32,000 nucleotides of DNA. Origin: an uncultured bacterium. GTDB taxonomy: Bacteria; Margulisbacteria; WOR-1; CAVSGV01. The notes beneath the pieces were generated by a model. That model searched no databases, was not told where the DNA came from, and saw only the letters and a program-made list of their open reading frames with translations. The position numbers were made by a program, and so were the translations under genes. The stretch lies in the NCBI GenBank assembly GCA_963699255.1, contig OY969425.1:1738856-1770855 (forward strand), in the 5' to 3' direction. Of the stretch, positions 1 to 8,312 are shown piece after piece (position 1 is the first letter of the stretch; every line of letters begins with the position of its first letter).

Positions 1-510
1 GTCAGGCTTTTCGCCCCGGTGCTTTCTTTTACCGCGGAAGATATCTGGAAACACATAAAGAAATCCGAAATCCTAAATCCTAAATCCGAAATAAATCCAA
101 AATACCAAATTCCAAACAATTCAATTTTTGAGGAAAAGATGCCTGAGGTAGACAAAAAACTGCTCGACGAAAAGCTTGAATCCAAATGGGATAAGCTTCT
201 CGGGATAAGAAGCGAGGTCTACAAGGTCTTTGAGAACGCGAGGGCTGAAAAATCGATAAGCCATCCGCTTGAGGCCAGGGTGGAGGCATTAATGGAAGGG
301 GAAGACTATAAGCTGCTGAAAGATATGGAGCCGCAGCTCCCATCCCTGTTCATAGTGTCGGAATTCCTTGTAAGCAAGGGAAGCAGGAACATAACCGTAA
401 AGAAAGCCGAAGGAAAAAAGTGCGAGAGATGCTGGATGCATCTAAAGTCAGTCGGCGCAAACAGCAAGCATCCAACGTTATGTGAGAGATGCGCCGGAGT
501 GGTCGGGTGA
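1..510 (+). CDS. ileS: Isoleucyl-tRNA synthetase, C-terminal fragment (5' end outside window)
   Basis: Frame 1 is open from base 1 (VRLFAPVLSFTAEDIW...), so the listed M at 19 is internal. Ends with paired Cys knuckles KCERCW...LCERC typical of bacterial IleRS C-termini. Stop at 508-510. Confidence 0.85.
   Translation, partial: VRLFAPVLSFTAEDIWKHIKKSEILNPKSEINPKYQIPNNSIFEEKMPEVDKKLLDEKLESKWDKLLGIRSEVYKVFENARAEKSISHPLEARVEALMEGEDYKLLKDMEPQLPSLFIVSEFLVSKGSRNITVKKAEGKKCERCWMHLKSVGANSKHPTLCERCAGVVG
61..125 (+). repeat. Degenerate heptamer array inside the ileS reading frame (AAATCC GAAATCC TAAATCC TAAATCC GAAATAA ATCC...)
   Basis: Read directly: 7-nt period for the first units, decaying into A/C-rich words. 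Translated in frame as SEILNPKSEINPKYQIPNN. Confidence 0.8.
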
Positions 511-592
511 CCTGACAATTCCCCCAACTTCCTTTAATAAAGGGGTTGCGAGTTAAGCGAGCAGGGGATTCATGAATTGACCGCTGTGATCA

Positions 593-3500
593 TCAATTAT
601 TTTTTATCGCTTTCTTTCTCAAGATCACTTTACTGCCGGCCAGAACTATAATAGAATACATTCCGGCAGCTGCCCCGGAGCCATCCCACGTTTGAGAGTA
701 AACTCCCGCCTGTTGATTTTTCTGGTTCTGTGTCCATACAACATTGCCCAGAGCGTTGCAGATCGTTATCGTTACATCGCTCGTGCTTTCAAGGTTATAT
801 ACGATATTGAGATTGCCTGTAAAAGGATTCGGATAAATACTATTCAGCTTGGTTGTGGGGTAGCCCGCAATTATCCCATCGCTGTGACCAGCTAAGCTCC
901 ACAGGCCGGCTCCATCTTTGGCCTCTACATGGAAATAATATGTAACGCCTTCGGTCAGGGAAAGACCGGTCACGGTCACATCGGTATTTGTTCCGGCAGA
1001 AGTCCAGTTTATGATCTTTCCATTTTCCGGATCGGTTGGATCGGTCGATATCGTATATATATATTCTGTTACTCCTGATTCCGGGTCGGAAGAAGACCAG
1101 GCGGCATGGAACTCTGATAACGATGTGGTATATGTCCCATCATCTGTGACGACAGGCGTTGTTGGAGGCGTAGTGTCAACGGTTATCCCATCGCTGTGGA
1201 CGATGTCGCTCATCTTGCCAACTCCATTCACAGCTCTTACATGGAAATAGTAGGTTTTTCCGTTGGCCAGGTCAAGCCCTTTTGCGGTTATTTTGGTGGC
1301 ATCGGGCCCGACGGAGGTCCAGGGCAGAGCATTTTCAGCCATCCCGATCATCGGGTCATTTGGATCTGTTGATATGGCATACTCATATCCTGTTATGCCC
1401 GATTCATTATCAAAAGAAGGAGACAGAGTGGCGTCGAGCTCGGTTGAAGAGCTGGTGTATTCTCCGCTATCAGTGACAGCCGGGTCTGATGGGGGAGTGG
1501 TGTCAACAATGCCGATTTGTAAGCCGTCGCTGCTGCCGACTTCGCTCCACATGCCGGCTCCGTCTTTTGCCTTAACATGGAAATAGTAAGATTTTGTGCC
1601 GGATAAGGATAGATTATCCAGGGTTACCTGGGTATTTGTTCCGGCAGATGTCCAGGTTACGAGATTCCCGATATCCGGATCATTTGGATCGGTCGATATG
1701 GAATACATATATTCTGTCACACCTGATTCTGGATCGGAAGAAGACCAGGCTCCCTTGAGCGTGGCCGTAGGGCCGGATTTTTGTACCATGCCGTTGACAA
1801 CAGGCTTTGTAGGAGGCGTAATGTCGACTGTTATGCCGTCGCTGTGACCGGGGACGCTAAATTGGCCTGCTCCGTTCTTGGAGATCACATGGAAATAGTA
1901 AGTCTTGCCTTCCTCTAAGTTAAGGTCGGACAGGGTTATTTCGGTATCAGTTCCGGCAGATGTCCAGGGTACGATATTTTCAGGGTCCCCGATCTTCGGA
2001 TCATCCGGGTCGGTCGATACAGCATACCAATATCCTGTCACACCCGATTCATCATCTGAAGAGGACCATGTGGCATGAAGATCGGAAGATGTAGTATATT
2101 TCCCGTCGTCGGTGACATTGGGCTGTGATGGGAGTGTAGTGTCAACTTTTATCCCATCGCTGTGAACGATGTGGCTTGCCAGTCCTTCTCCATTTATGGC
2201 CTTTACATGGAAATAATAGGTTTTCCCGTTGGTCAAGTTAAGGTTGGTCGCGTTTATGTCGGTGGTATTAGGTCCGAGGGGAGTCCACTCCACGACATTG
2301 CCGGTATCCGGATCAAGCGGATCGGTAGATATTGAATATTGATATTCCTTTATTTCCGAATCCGGATCGGAAGCGGGAGACAATGCGGCATGCAGCTCGG
2401 ATGAAATGATAGTGTATACCCCGTCATCCGTTACAGCCGGGTCTGTAGGAGGAGTCGTATCCGGCGATTTAACCAGGTCTTTATAAACATTAACAAAGTT
2501 GCCTGACAGGAGCAGGGCCGCAAAACTCGCCAGAGATTGATTGTAATATAAATTCGCTACCCCTGTTTCGCTCGTATTGCCCCAGTAACCGCCGTTCGCC
2601 GCAGTCGCGTATTGAGAGAAATTGTTCTCAAATTCCGTATTAAAGGCAGACTTATAAACGGGCGATCCGCTTACCATAGCACCTGTTGCCCACATACCTG
2701 CGGTTATTTCGCTGTGCCATGCGCCCTCATTACTGGTGTAGGGAGTGCCATCCATTTTGTAAAGGATCGAATTTGCCGCTGCCGCAGCTTCGCTTCCATA
2801 TCTGCCTGTAAGGTTATTTTTCCCGTTCGTGCAATACTGGACTGCTCTCGGGTCATTGAACCAGATGGCATCAACTGCCATCATCCATGGAGTTCTTATC
2901 GCGTCGTTCCACATGTCAGCGCCATTGCTTAATGGGCCGGTAGTGCCGTACTGGCTGATCCCTCCGGTTTTGGTGTCCATCAGATCCGGGCTTAGACCGT
3001 TAGAATACCCTTGGCTTGATTGAAGGGTCGTAAAACATTGATCCACAACGGTTTTCCAGTCGTGGAAGGTTGCCTGATAGTATTGGAAGGTCTTTAGGGC
3101 AGCCGTAAAGAAATATGAAGGATTGGCCGCGTCCTTGCTAACCCAGCCGTCCCCGGGCATTAAATATTTTTTCAAGCCAACATTATCAACATCATTAGCA
3201 TATATATTATTGATAAGGTCTTGCGCTTTGCCGCTGTAATTATTGTCTGTGTCTGACCAGCAGCCGTGTTTGACAAGGGTGTCCGCGAATATCAGGGCGA
3301 GGGTGATGAAGATGTCGCCGTCAGTGGCGGATGTCGCGTCGAGAACATTATCGCCGGACTTGTCGACCGTGGCTGCGAAAAGGCCTTTACCGTCCTTATT
3401 GTGCATTTTTGCGTATGCGGCGGTCAGGATCTTATCGAAATATGTCTGGTCGCTGTTGTAAATGGCAAGAAGAAGTCCGTATCCCTGTGCTTCGGAGGTT

Positions 3501-6500
3501 GAACCTTCAGTATCAGGGGAGCCGTTGTTCCCCAATTGCGGGTTGTGGACGAGGCCCGATGTATATGCGTCGATGAAATTCGTTTTATAATTCGCCCATG
3601 TGCCGCCTATCTTGTCCTTGTAATCGCTGCCCGCTGTCGGATAGTCCGCCGAATAACACAGGAAATACAACGATCCAACCGTGTCATTCACCGTGATCCC
3701 GTCGCTGTTGCCGACATTGCTCCACATATTGGCTCCGTTCTTGGCCTTTACATGGAAGTAATAGGTTGTTCCGTTGGTCAGGGAAAGTCCGGTCTTGGTT
3801 ACTTGAGTATCTGTTTGGACAGAAGTCCAGTCAACTATCTTTCCATTCTCCGGGTCAGTTGGATCTGTTGATATGGAATACTGATATTCTGTTATGCCTG
3901 AATCCGGATCGGAAGAAGACCATGAGGCATGGAGCTGGGTTGAATAGTTCGTATATATTCCATCATCGTAGACAATAGGATCTGTAGGTGGAGTGGTGTC
4001 AACGGCAACCGTGATCCCGTCGCTGCTGCCAATATTGCTCACCAGGCCGGCCCCGTCTTTGGCTTTTACATGGAAGTAATAGGTTGTGCCATTGGTCAGG
4101 GAAAGTCCGGTCCTGGTTACTTGGGTATCTGTTTGGACAGGGGTCCAGGGTACGATGTTCCCGGTATCCGGATCGGTCGGGTCGGTGGATATGGAATACT
4201 GATATTCTGTAACACCTGATTCCGGATCTGAAGAAGACCATGAAGCGTGGAGCTGGGATAATGAGCCTGTAGATACTCCATCATCGATAACAACAGGATC
4301 TGTAGGAGGTGTGGTGTCAACGGTTATCCCGTCGCTGCTGCCGACATTGCTCCACTGGCCGGCTCCGTCTAACGCCTTTATATGGAAATAGTAGGTTTGG
4401 CCATTGGTTAAATTAAGGTTGCTTGCGGTTATGTCGGTATCAGTGCCGGCGGGAGTCCAGGGCAAAATGTTCCCGGTATCCGGATCGGTAGGATCGGTGG
4501 ATATGGAATACTGATATTCTGTAACGCCTGATTCCGGGTCTGAAGAAGAGTATGTGACATGGAGCTGGGATAAAGATGTAGCATATTTCCCATCATCATT
4601 GACAATAGGATCTGTAGGAGGTGTATCGTCAACCATTATTCCATCGCTGTTGGCAACATTGCTCCACAGGCCGGCTCCGTTCTTGGCCTTTACATGGAAA
4701 TAGTAGGTTTGGCCATTGGTTAAATTAAGGTTGCTTGCGGTTATTTCGGTATTCGTATCGGCGGTAGTCCAGGGTACGATGTTCCCGATAGTTGGATCGG
4801 TAGGATCGGTCGATATGGAATACTGATATTCTATTACGCCTGATTCCTTATCGATCGAAGGAGACCATGTGGCATGGAGCTGGGATAAAGAAAGGGTGTA
4901 TACCCCATCATCGGTGACGGCCGGATCTGAAGGGGGAGTTGTATCTGCCATCATAACCACATCTTTGTAAACATTGACAAAGTTCCCTGACAGGAGCAGA
5001 GCTGCAAAACTCGCCAGAGATTGATTGTAATAGTATTTTCCTACTCCGGGCCAGTTGCCCCAGTAACCGCCGTTCGCCGCGGTCGCATTCTGGGAAAAAT
5101 TGTTCTCAAATTCTGTATTGAAGGCGGACTGATAAACTGGCGATCCGCTTACCATAGCGCCGGTTGCCCACATACCTTCGGTCAATTCATTGTGGAATGC
5201 GCCGTCGCCATCTCCGTATGGAGTGCCGTTCATGTCGTAAAGAATTGCCTTTGACGCTGCCGTTGTTTCATCGCCATAGGAGCATGTAAGGAAAATCCTC
5301 CCGTTCTGCAAATACTCATCGGCTCTTTTGTCATTGAACCATATCTTATCAAGTGTCATCATCCATGGACCCCTTATCCCGTCGTACCACATATGATAGC
5401 CATTATCTGATGCACCTGCTGGGCCGGTATGGCCGTATTGGCTTATCCCTCCGGCTCTGGTGCACATATCCGGGGTTAAGCCGTTGGAATATCCGTCGGT
5501 CGATTGAAGGGTCGTGTAGCATTGATCGACAACGGGTTTCCAGTCGTGGAAGTTCGCCTGGTAGAATTGGAAGGTCTTTAAGGCAGCCGTGAAGAAATAT
5601 GAAGGATTGGCGGCATCCTTGCCGGTCCAACCATCCCCGGGCATCAGATACTGCCCGCCATCAACGTCGTTCGCGTATATGTTGTCGATAAGGTTCTGCG
5701 CTTTGCTGCCGTAATCATTGCCTGTGTCTGACCAGCAGCCTTGTTTGATAAGTGTATCCGCAAATATCAGGGCAAGGGTGATGAAGATATCGCCGTCAGT
5801 GGTGGATGTTGCGTCGAGAACATTATCGCCGGACATGTCAACCGTGGATGCAAAGAGGCCTTTTCCGTCCTTATCGTGCATTTTTGCGTATGCGGCGGTC
5901 AGGATCTTATCGAAATAGGTCTGGTCGCTATTATAAATGGCAAGAAGAAGTCCGTAGCCTTGCGCTTCGGAGGTTGAGCCTTCAGTATCAGGGGACCCAT
6001 TGTCTCCCAATTGCGGGTTGTGGACCAGGCCCGATGCATATGCGTCAATGAAATTCGTTTTATAATTCGCCCATGTGCCGCCTATCTTGTCCTTGTAATC
6101 GCTGCCTGCTGTCGGATAGTTCGCCGAATAACACAGGTAATACAATGGTGTTGTTATGTTATTCGCCGTGATCCCGTCGCTGTGGCCGACATTGCTCCAT
6201 AGATCGGATCCGTTCTTGGCCTTTACATGGAAGTAATAGGTAGTTCCATTGGTCAGTGTGAGCCCGGTTGCGGTCACCTGGGCATCAGTCCCTGTAGAAG
6301 TCCAGGGCACGATGTTCCCGGTATCCGGATCGGTCGGATCGGTCGATATGGAATACTGATATTCTGCAATGCCCGAATCCGGATCGGAAGAAGACCATGA
6401 GGCATGGAGCTGGGTTGCAGAGCTGGTAGTTGCCCCATCATCGGTAACGACAGGATCTGTAGGGGGTGTCAGATCAAAATTCGTAGTGATCCCATCGCTG

Positions 6501-8056
6501 CTAACGACATTACTCCACAGGCCGGCTCCGTTCTTGGCCTTTACATGGAAATAATAGGTCGTTCCGTTGGTCAGGGAAAGTCCGGTCTTGGTCACTTGAG
6601 TATCTGTTTGGACAGAAGTCCAGGGGACTATGTTCCCTGTGTCCGGATCGGTCGGATCGGTCGATATTGAATACTGATATTCTGCAATGCCTGATTCCGG
6701 GTCGGAAGAAGACCATGTAGCATGGAGCTGGCTTGGAGATGCTGTATTTGCTCCATCGTCAGTAACAATAGGGTCTGTAGGTGGAGTTGTATCCGGCGGC
6801 ACCATAAGGTCGTTGTAAACATTAACAAGGTTCCCGGACATGAGCAAAGCGGCAAAACTCGCCAGAGATTGATTGTAATATTCACTTCCTTCCCCGGACC
6901 AGTTGCCGTTGCCCCAGTATCCGCCGGTTGCCGCGGTCGCGTATTGGGAGAAATTGTTTTCAAATTCCGCATTGAAGGCGGATTTGGTATTTGGCCGTCC
7001 ACTTCCCATAGCGCCGGTCCCCCACATACCCGCGGTCATTTCACTGTGCCATGCGCCGTCACCATTGGTATATGGAGTTCCATTCATGTCATATAAAATT
7101 GCATTTGACGCTGCCGATTGTGCTGCCGAGTTGTCATCAGTATCAGTACCTGCAAGAAAGGTCATTCCGTTCTGGCAATACTGGACCGCTCTTGGATCTT
7201 TGAACCAGATGGCATCAAGTGCCATCATCCATGGAGTCCTTATCCCGTCGTACCACATATGATAGCCATTGTCTGATGGGTATGATGGGCCGGTAGTGCC
7301 ATATTGGCTTATCCCTCCGGCTCTTGTGCACAGATCCGGGCTCAGGCCGTATAAGTAGCCGTCGTATCCATCGGGATTCACCGCTTGAAGTGTCATATAG
7401 CATTGATCCACAACGGGATCCCAGTCATGGAAGTTTTTCTGGTAGTTTTTAAAGGTTTTTAAGGCAGCCGTGAAGAAGTAGGAAGGATTGGCCGCATCCT
7501 TGCTGCTCCATCCATCACCGGGCATAAGATATTTTCCGTTATCAACGTCGTTAGCGTATATGTTGTCGATAAGGTCTTGCGCTTTGCTGTCGTAATTGTT
7601 GCTTGTATCCGACCAGTAGCCTTTTTGTACAAGGATATCCGCGAATATCAGGGCGAGGGTGATGAAGGTGTCGCCGTCAGTGGCAGAGGCATAGCTGGAA
7701 TTATTCAGGTTACCGTTTATATCGACTACGGAGGCGAACAACCCTTTTCCGCTACTGCTGTTATCATGCATTTTCGCGTAGACAGCGGTCAGTATCTTAT
7801 CGAAATAGATCTGGTCATTATTGTAAAGGGCTAGAAGAAGTCCATAGCCCTGTCCTTCTGAGGTCGCGCCTTGGGTCTCATCGAAGCCGACAGTGGCCGG
7901 ATCATCCGGCAACTGCGGGTTGTGGACCAGGCCGGTGGTATAGGCGTCAATGAAATTCTTCTTATAATTCGCCCATGTGCCGCTTACCTTGTTTTTATAA
8001 TCGCTGCCCGCGGACGGGTAGCTAGCCGAATAAGGCAGAAAATACAATGGACCCAT
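593..8056 (-). CDS. Giant multidomain glycoside hydrolase: three GH8-like catalytic domains, eleven FN3-like modules, one C-terminal YPNPF sorting/FlgD-Ig-like domain (2,487 aa)
   Basis: Longest ORF in the window. The start is fixed by an in-frame TAA 9 nt upstream of the ATG and an AAGGGGG Shine-Dalgarno 4 nt upstream. GH8 hallmarks occur three times: TSE(G/A)QGYGLLLA, (A/T)TDGD-FITLALIFA (close to the GH8 signature A-[ST]-D-[AG]-D-x2-[IM]-A) and WYDGIR-PWMM. There are eleven (T/S)YYFH(V/I)-type modules (consensus TYYFHVKAKNGAG). The tail reads IYPNPFTGNLNIVY...QTWDGSGAAAGMYSIIV. Confidence 0.9.
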   Translation of the reverse strand: MGPLYFLPYSASYPSAGSDYKNKVSGTWANYKKNFIDAYTTGLVHNPQLPDDPATVGFDETQGATSEGQGYGLLLALYNNDQIYFDKILTAVYAKMHDNSSSGKGLFASVVDINGNLNNSSYASATDGDTFITLALIFADILVQKGYWSDTSNNYDSKAQDLIDNIYANDVDNGKYLMPGDGWSSKDAANPSYFFTAALKTFKNYQKNFHDWDPVVDQCYMTLQAVNPDGYDGYLYGLSPDLCTRAGGISQYGTTGPSYPSDNGYHMWYDGIRTPWMMALDAIWFKDPRAVQYCQNGMTFLAGTDTDDNSAAQSAASNAILYDMNGTPYTNGDGAWHSEMTAGMWGTGAMGSGRPNTKSAFNAEFENNFSQYATAATGGYWGNGNWSGEGSEYYNQSLASFAALLMSGNLVNVYNDLMVPPDTTPPTDPIVTDDGANTASPSQLHATWSSSDPESGIAEYQYSISTDPTDPDTGNIVPWTSVQTDTQVTKTGLSLTNGTTYYFHVKAKNGAGLWSNVVSSDGITTNFDLTPPTDPVVTDDGATTSSATQLHASWSSSDPDSGIAEYQYSISTDPTDPDTGNIVPWTSTGTDAQVTATGLTLTNGTTYYFHVKAKNGSDLWSNVGHSDGITANNITTPLYYLCYSANYPTAGSDYKDKIGGTWANYKTNFIDAYASGLVHNPQLGDNGSPDTEGSTSEAQGYGLLLAIYNSDQTYFDKILTAAYAKMHDKDGKGLFASTVDMSGDNVLDATSTTDGDIFITLALIFADTLIKQGCWSDTGNDYGSKAQNLIDNIYANDVDGGQYLMPGDGWTGKDAANPSYFFTAALKTFQFYQANFHDWKPVVDQCYTTLQSTDGYSNGLTPDMCTRAGGISQYGHTGPAGASDNGYHMWYDGIRGPWMMTLDKIWFNDKRADEYLQNGRIFLTCSYGDETTAASKAILYDMNGTPYGDGDGAFHNELTEGMWATGAMVSGSPVYQSAFNTEFENNFSQNATAANGGYWGNWPGVGKYYYNQSLASFAALLLSGNFVNVYKDVVMMADTTPPSDPAVTDDGVYTLSLSQLHATWSPSIDKESGVIEYQYSISTDPTDPTIGNIVPWTTADTNTEITASNLNLTNGQTYYFHVKAKNGAGLWSNVANSDGIMVDDTPPTDPIVNDDGKYATSLSQLHVTYSSSDPESGVTEYQYSISTDPTDPDTGNILPWTPAGTDTDITASNLNLTNGQTYYFHIKALDGAGQWSNVGSSDGITVDTTPPTDPVVIDDGVSTGSLSQLHASWSSSDPESGVTEYQYSISTDPTDPDTGNIVPWTPVQTDTQVTRTGLSLTNGTTYYFHVKAKDGAGLVSNIGSSDGITVAVDTTPPTDPIVYDDGIYTNYSTQLHASWSSSDPDSGITEYQYSISTDPTDPENGKIVDWTSVQTDTQVTKTGLSLTNGTTYYFHVKAKNGANMWSNVGNSDGITVNDTVGSLYFLCYSADYPTAGSDYKDKIGGTWANYKTNFIDAYTSGLVHNPQLGNNGSPDTEGSTSEAQGYGLLLAIYNSDQTYFDKILTAAYAKMHNKDGKGLFAATVDKSGDNVLDATSATDGDIFITLALIFADTLVKHGCWSDTDNNYSGKAQDLINNIYANDVDNVGLKKYLMPGDGWVSKDAANPSYFFTAALKTFQYYQATFHDWKTVVDQCFTTLQSSQGYSNGLSPDLMDTKTGGISQYGTTGPLSNGADMWNDAIRTPWMMAVDAIWFNDPRAVQYCTNGKNNLTGRYGSEAAAAANSILYKMDGTPYTSNEGAWHSEITAGMWATGAMVSGSPVYKSAFNTEFENNFSQYATAANGGYWGNTSETGVANLYYNQSLASFAALLLSGNFVNVYKDLVKSPDTTPPTDPAVTDDGVYTIISSELHAALSPASDPDSEIKEYQYSISTDPLDPDTGNVVEWTPLGPNTTDINATNLNLTNGKTYYFHVKAINGEGLASHIVHSDGIKVDTTLPSQPNVTDDGKYTTSSDLHATWSSSDDESGVTGYWYAVSTDPDDPKIGDPENIVPWTSAGTDTEITLSDLNLEEGKTYYFHVISKNGAGQFSVPGHSDGITVDITPPTKPVVNGMVQKSGPTATLKGAWSSSDPESGVTEYMYSISTDPNDPDIGNLVTWTSAGTNTQVTLDNLSLSGTKSYYFHVKAKDGAGMWSEVGSSDGLQIGIVDTTPPSDPAVTDSGEYTSSSTELDATLSPSFDNESGITGYEYAISTDPNDPMIGMAENALPWTSVGPDATKITAKGLDLANGKTYYFHVRAVNGVGKMSDIVHSDGITVDTTPPTTPVVTDDGTYTTSLSEFHAAWSSSDPESGVTEYIYTISTDPTDPENGKIINWTSAGTNTDVTVTGLSLTEGVTYYFHVEAKDGAGLWSLAGHSDGIIAGYPTTKLNSIYPNPFTGNLNIVYNLESTSDVTITICNALGNVVWTQNQKNQQAGVYSQTWDGSGAAAGMYSIIVLAGSKVILRKKAIKNN
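596..860 (-). other. C-terminal sorting-type beta-sandwich domain (T9SS type-A CTD / FlgD-Ig-like), approximate bounds
   Basis: YPNPF motif, alternating hydrophobic strands, a WDG...G.Y motif and a basic C-terminal end. Assigned from remembered family consensus, not a search. Confidence 0.6.
860..2470 (-). repeat. Five tandem ~100-aa FN3-like modules (modules 7-11), approximate bounds
   Basis: Repeated pattern TTPP(T/S)DP-VTDDG...LHA.WS.SD.ESG..EY.Y.ISTDP.DP..G....WTS.G..T..T...L.L..G.TYYFHV.A..GAG..S..G.SDGI.VD. Confidence 0.75.
2470..3680 (-). other. GH8-like catalytic domain, copy 3 (approximate bounds)
   Basis: Begins GSLYFLCYSADYPTAGSDYKDK. Contains STSEAQGYGLLLAIYNSDQ, SATDGDIFITLALIFAD and WNDAIRTPWMMAVD. 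Ends NFVNVYKDLVKSPD. Confidence 0.75.
3680..4950 (-). repeat. Four tandem FN3-like modules (modules 3-6), approximate bounds
   Basis: Same module consensus as 860-2470, with four TYYFH(V/I)KA motifs. Confidence 0.75.
4950..6150 (-). other. GH8-like catalytic domain, copy 2 (approximate bounds)
   Basis: Begins TPLYYLCYSANYPTAGSDYKDK. Contains STSEAQGYGLLLAIYNSDQ, STTDGDIFITLALIFAD and WYDGIRGPWMMTLD. Ends NFVNVYKDVVMMAD. Confidence 0.75.
6150..6800 (-). repeat. Two tandem FN3-like modules (modules 1-2), approximate bounds
   Basis: Same module consensus. The second module is nearly identical in DNA to the last module of the neighbouring paralog. Confidence 0.75.
6800..8056 (-). other. GH8-like catalytic domain, copy 1 (approximate bounds)
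   Basis: MGPLYFLPYSASYPSAGSDYKNK..., ATSEGQGYGLLLALYNNDQ, SATDGDTFITLALIFAD, WYDGIRTPWMMALD. Ends NLVNVYNDLMVPPD. Confidence 0.8.
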
Positions 8057-8312
8057 ATTACCCCCTTACAATATATTATCGTCACTATCTTTGCGAAATT
8101 TCACTGTTTTGATGAAATTAATATGGAGATATTTGGATATGGAGTGACGCATTCCGGCACCAGGGTTCCTCTTAGATAGGGGCGAAAAAGGTCAATATTA
8201 TGAGGTTTAATGGCAGAAAAAGCGAAAAGCGCGGGAAGCGCATTATGTTCCGTCGGTGACGGCAGGGCACATCCGCCATATGTTAACTGTGGATCCATCG
8301 TATCAGCGCCAA

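Noticed and set aside
511-592. Terminator between convergent ileS and the giant gene (CCTTTaatAAAGG).
   Set aside because: It has only a 5-bp A/T-rich stem with a 3-nt loop and no U-run, which is too weak to call.
692-7834. About forty plus-strand and off-frame ORFs (60-124 aa) listed inside the giant gene, many of them mutually similar (e.g. ...SGSEEDQA..., ...MSVSDQQPCL...).
   Set aside because: They are antisense or off-frame shadows of a repetitive 7.5-kb ORF. Their similarity simply mirrors the repeats of the real gene. None has an SD, and their low-complexity compositions are typical of antisense translation.
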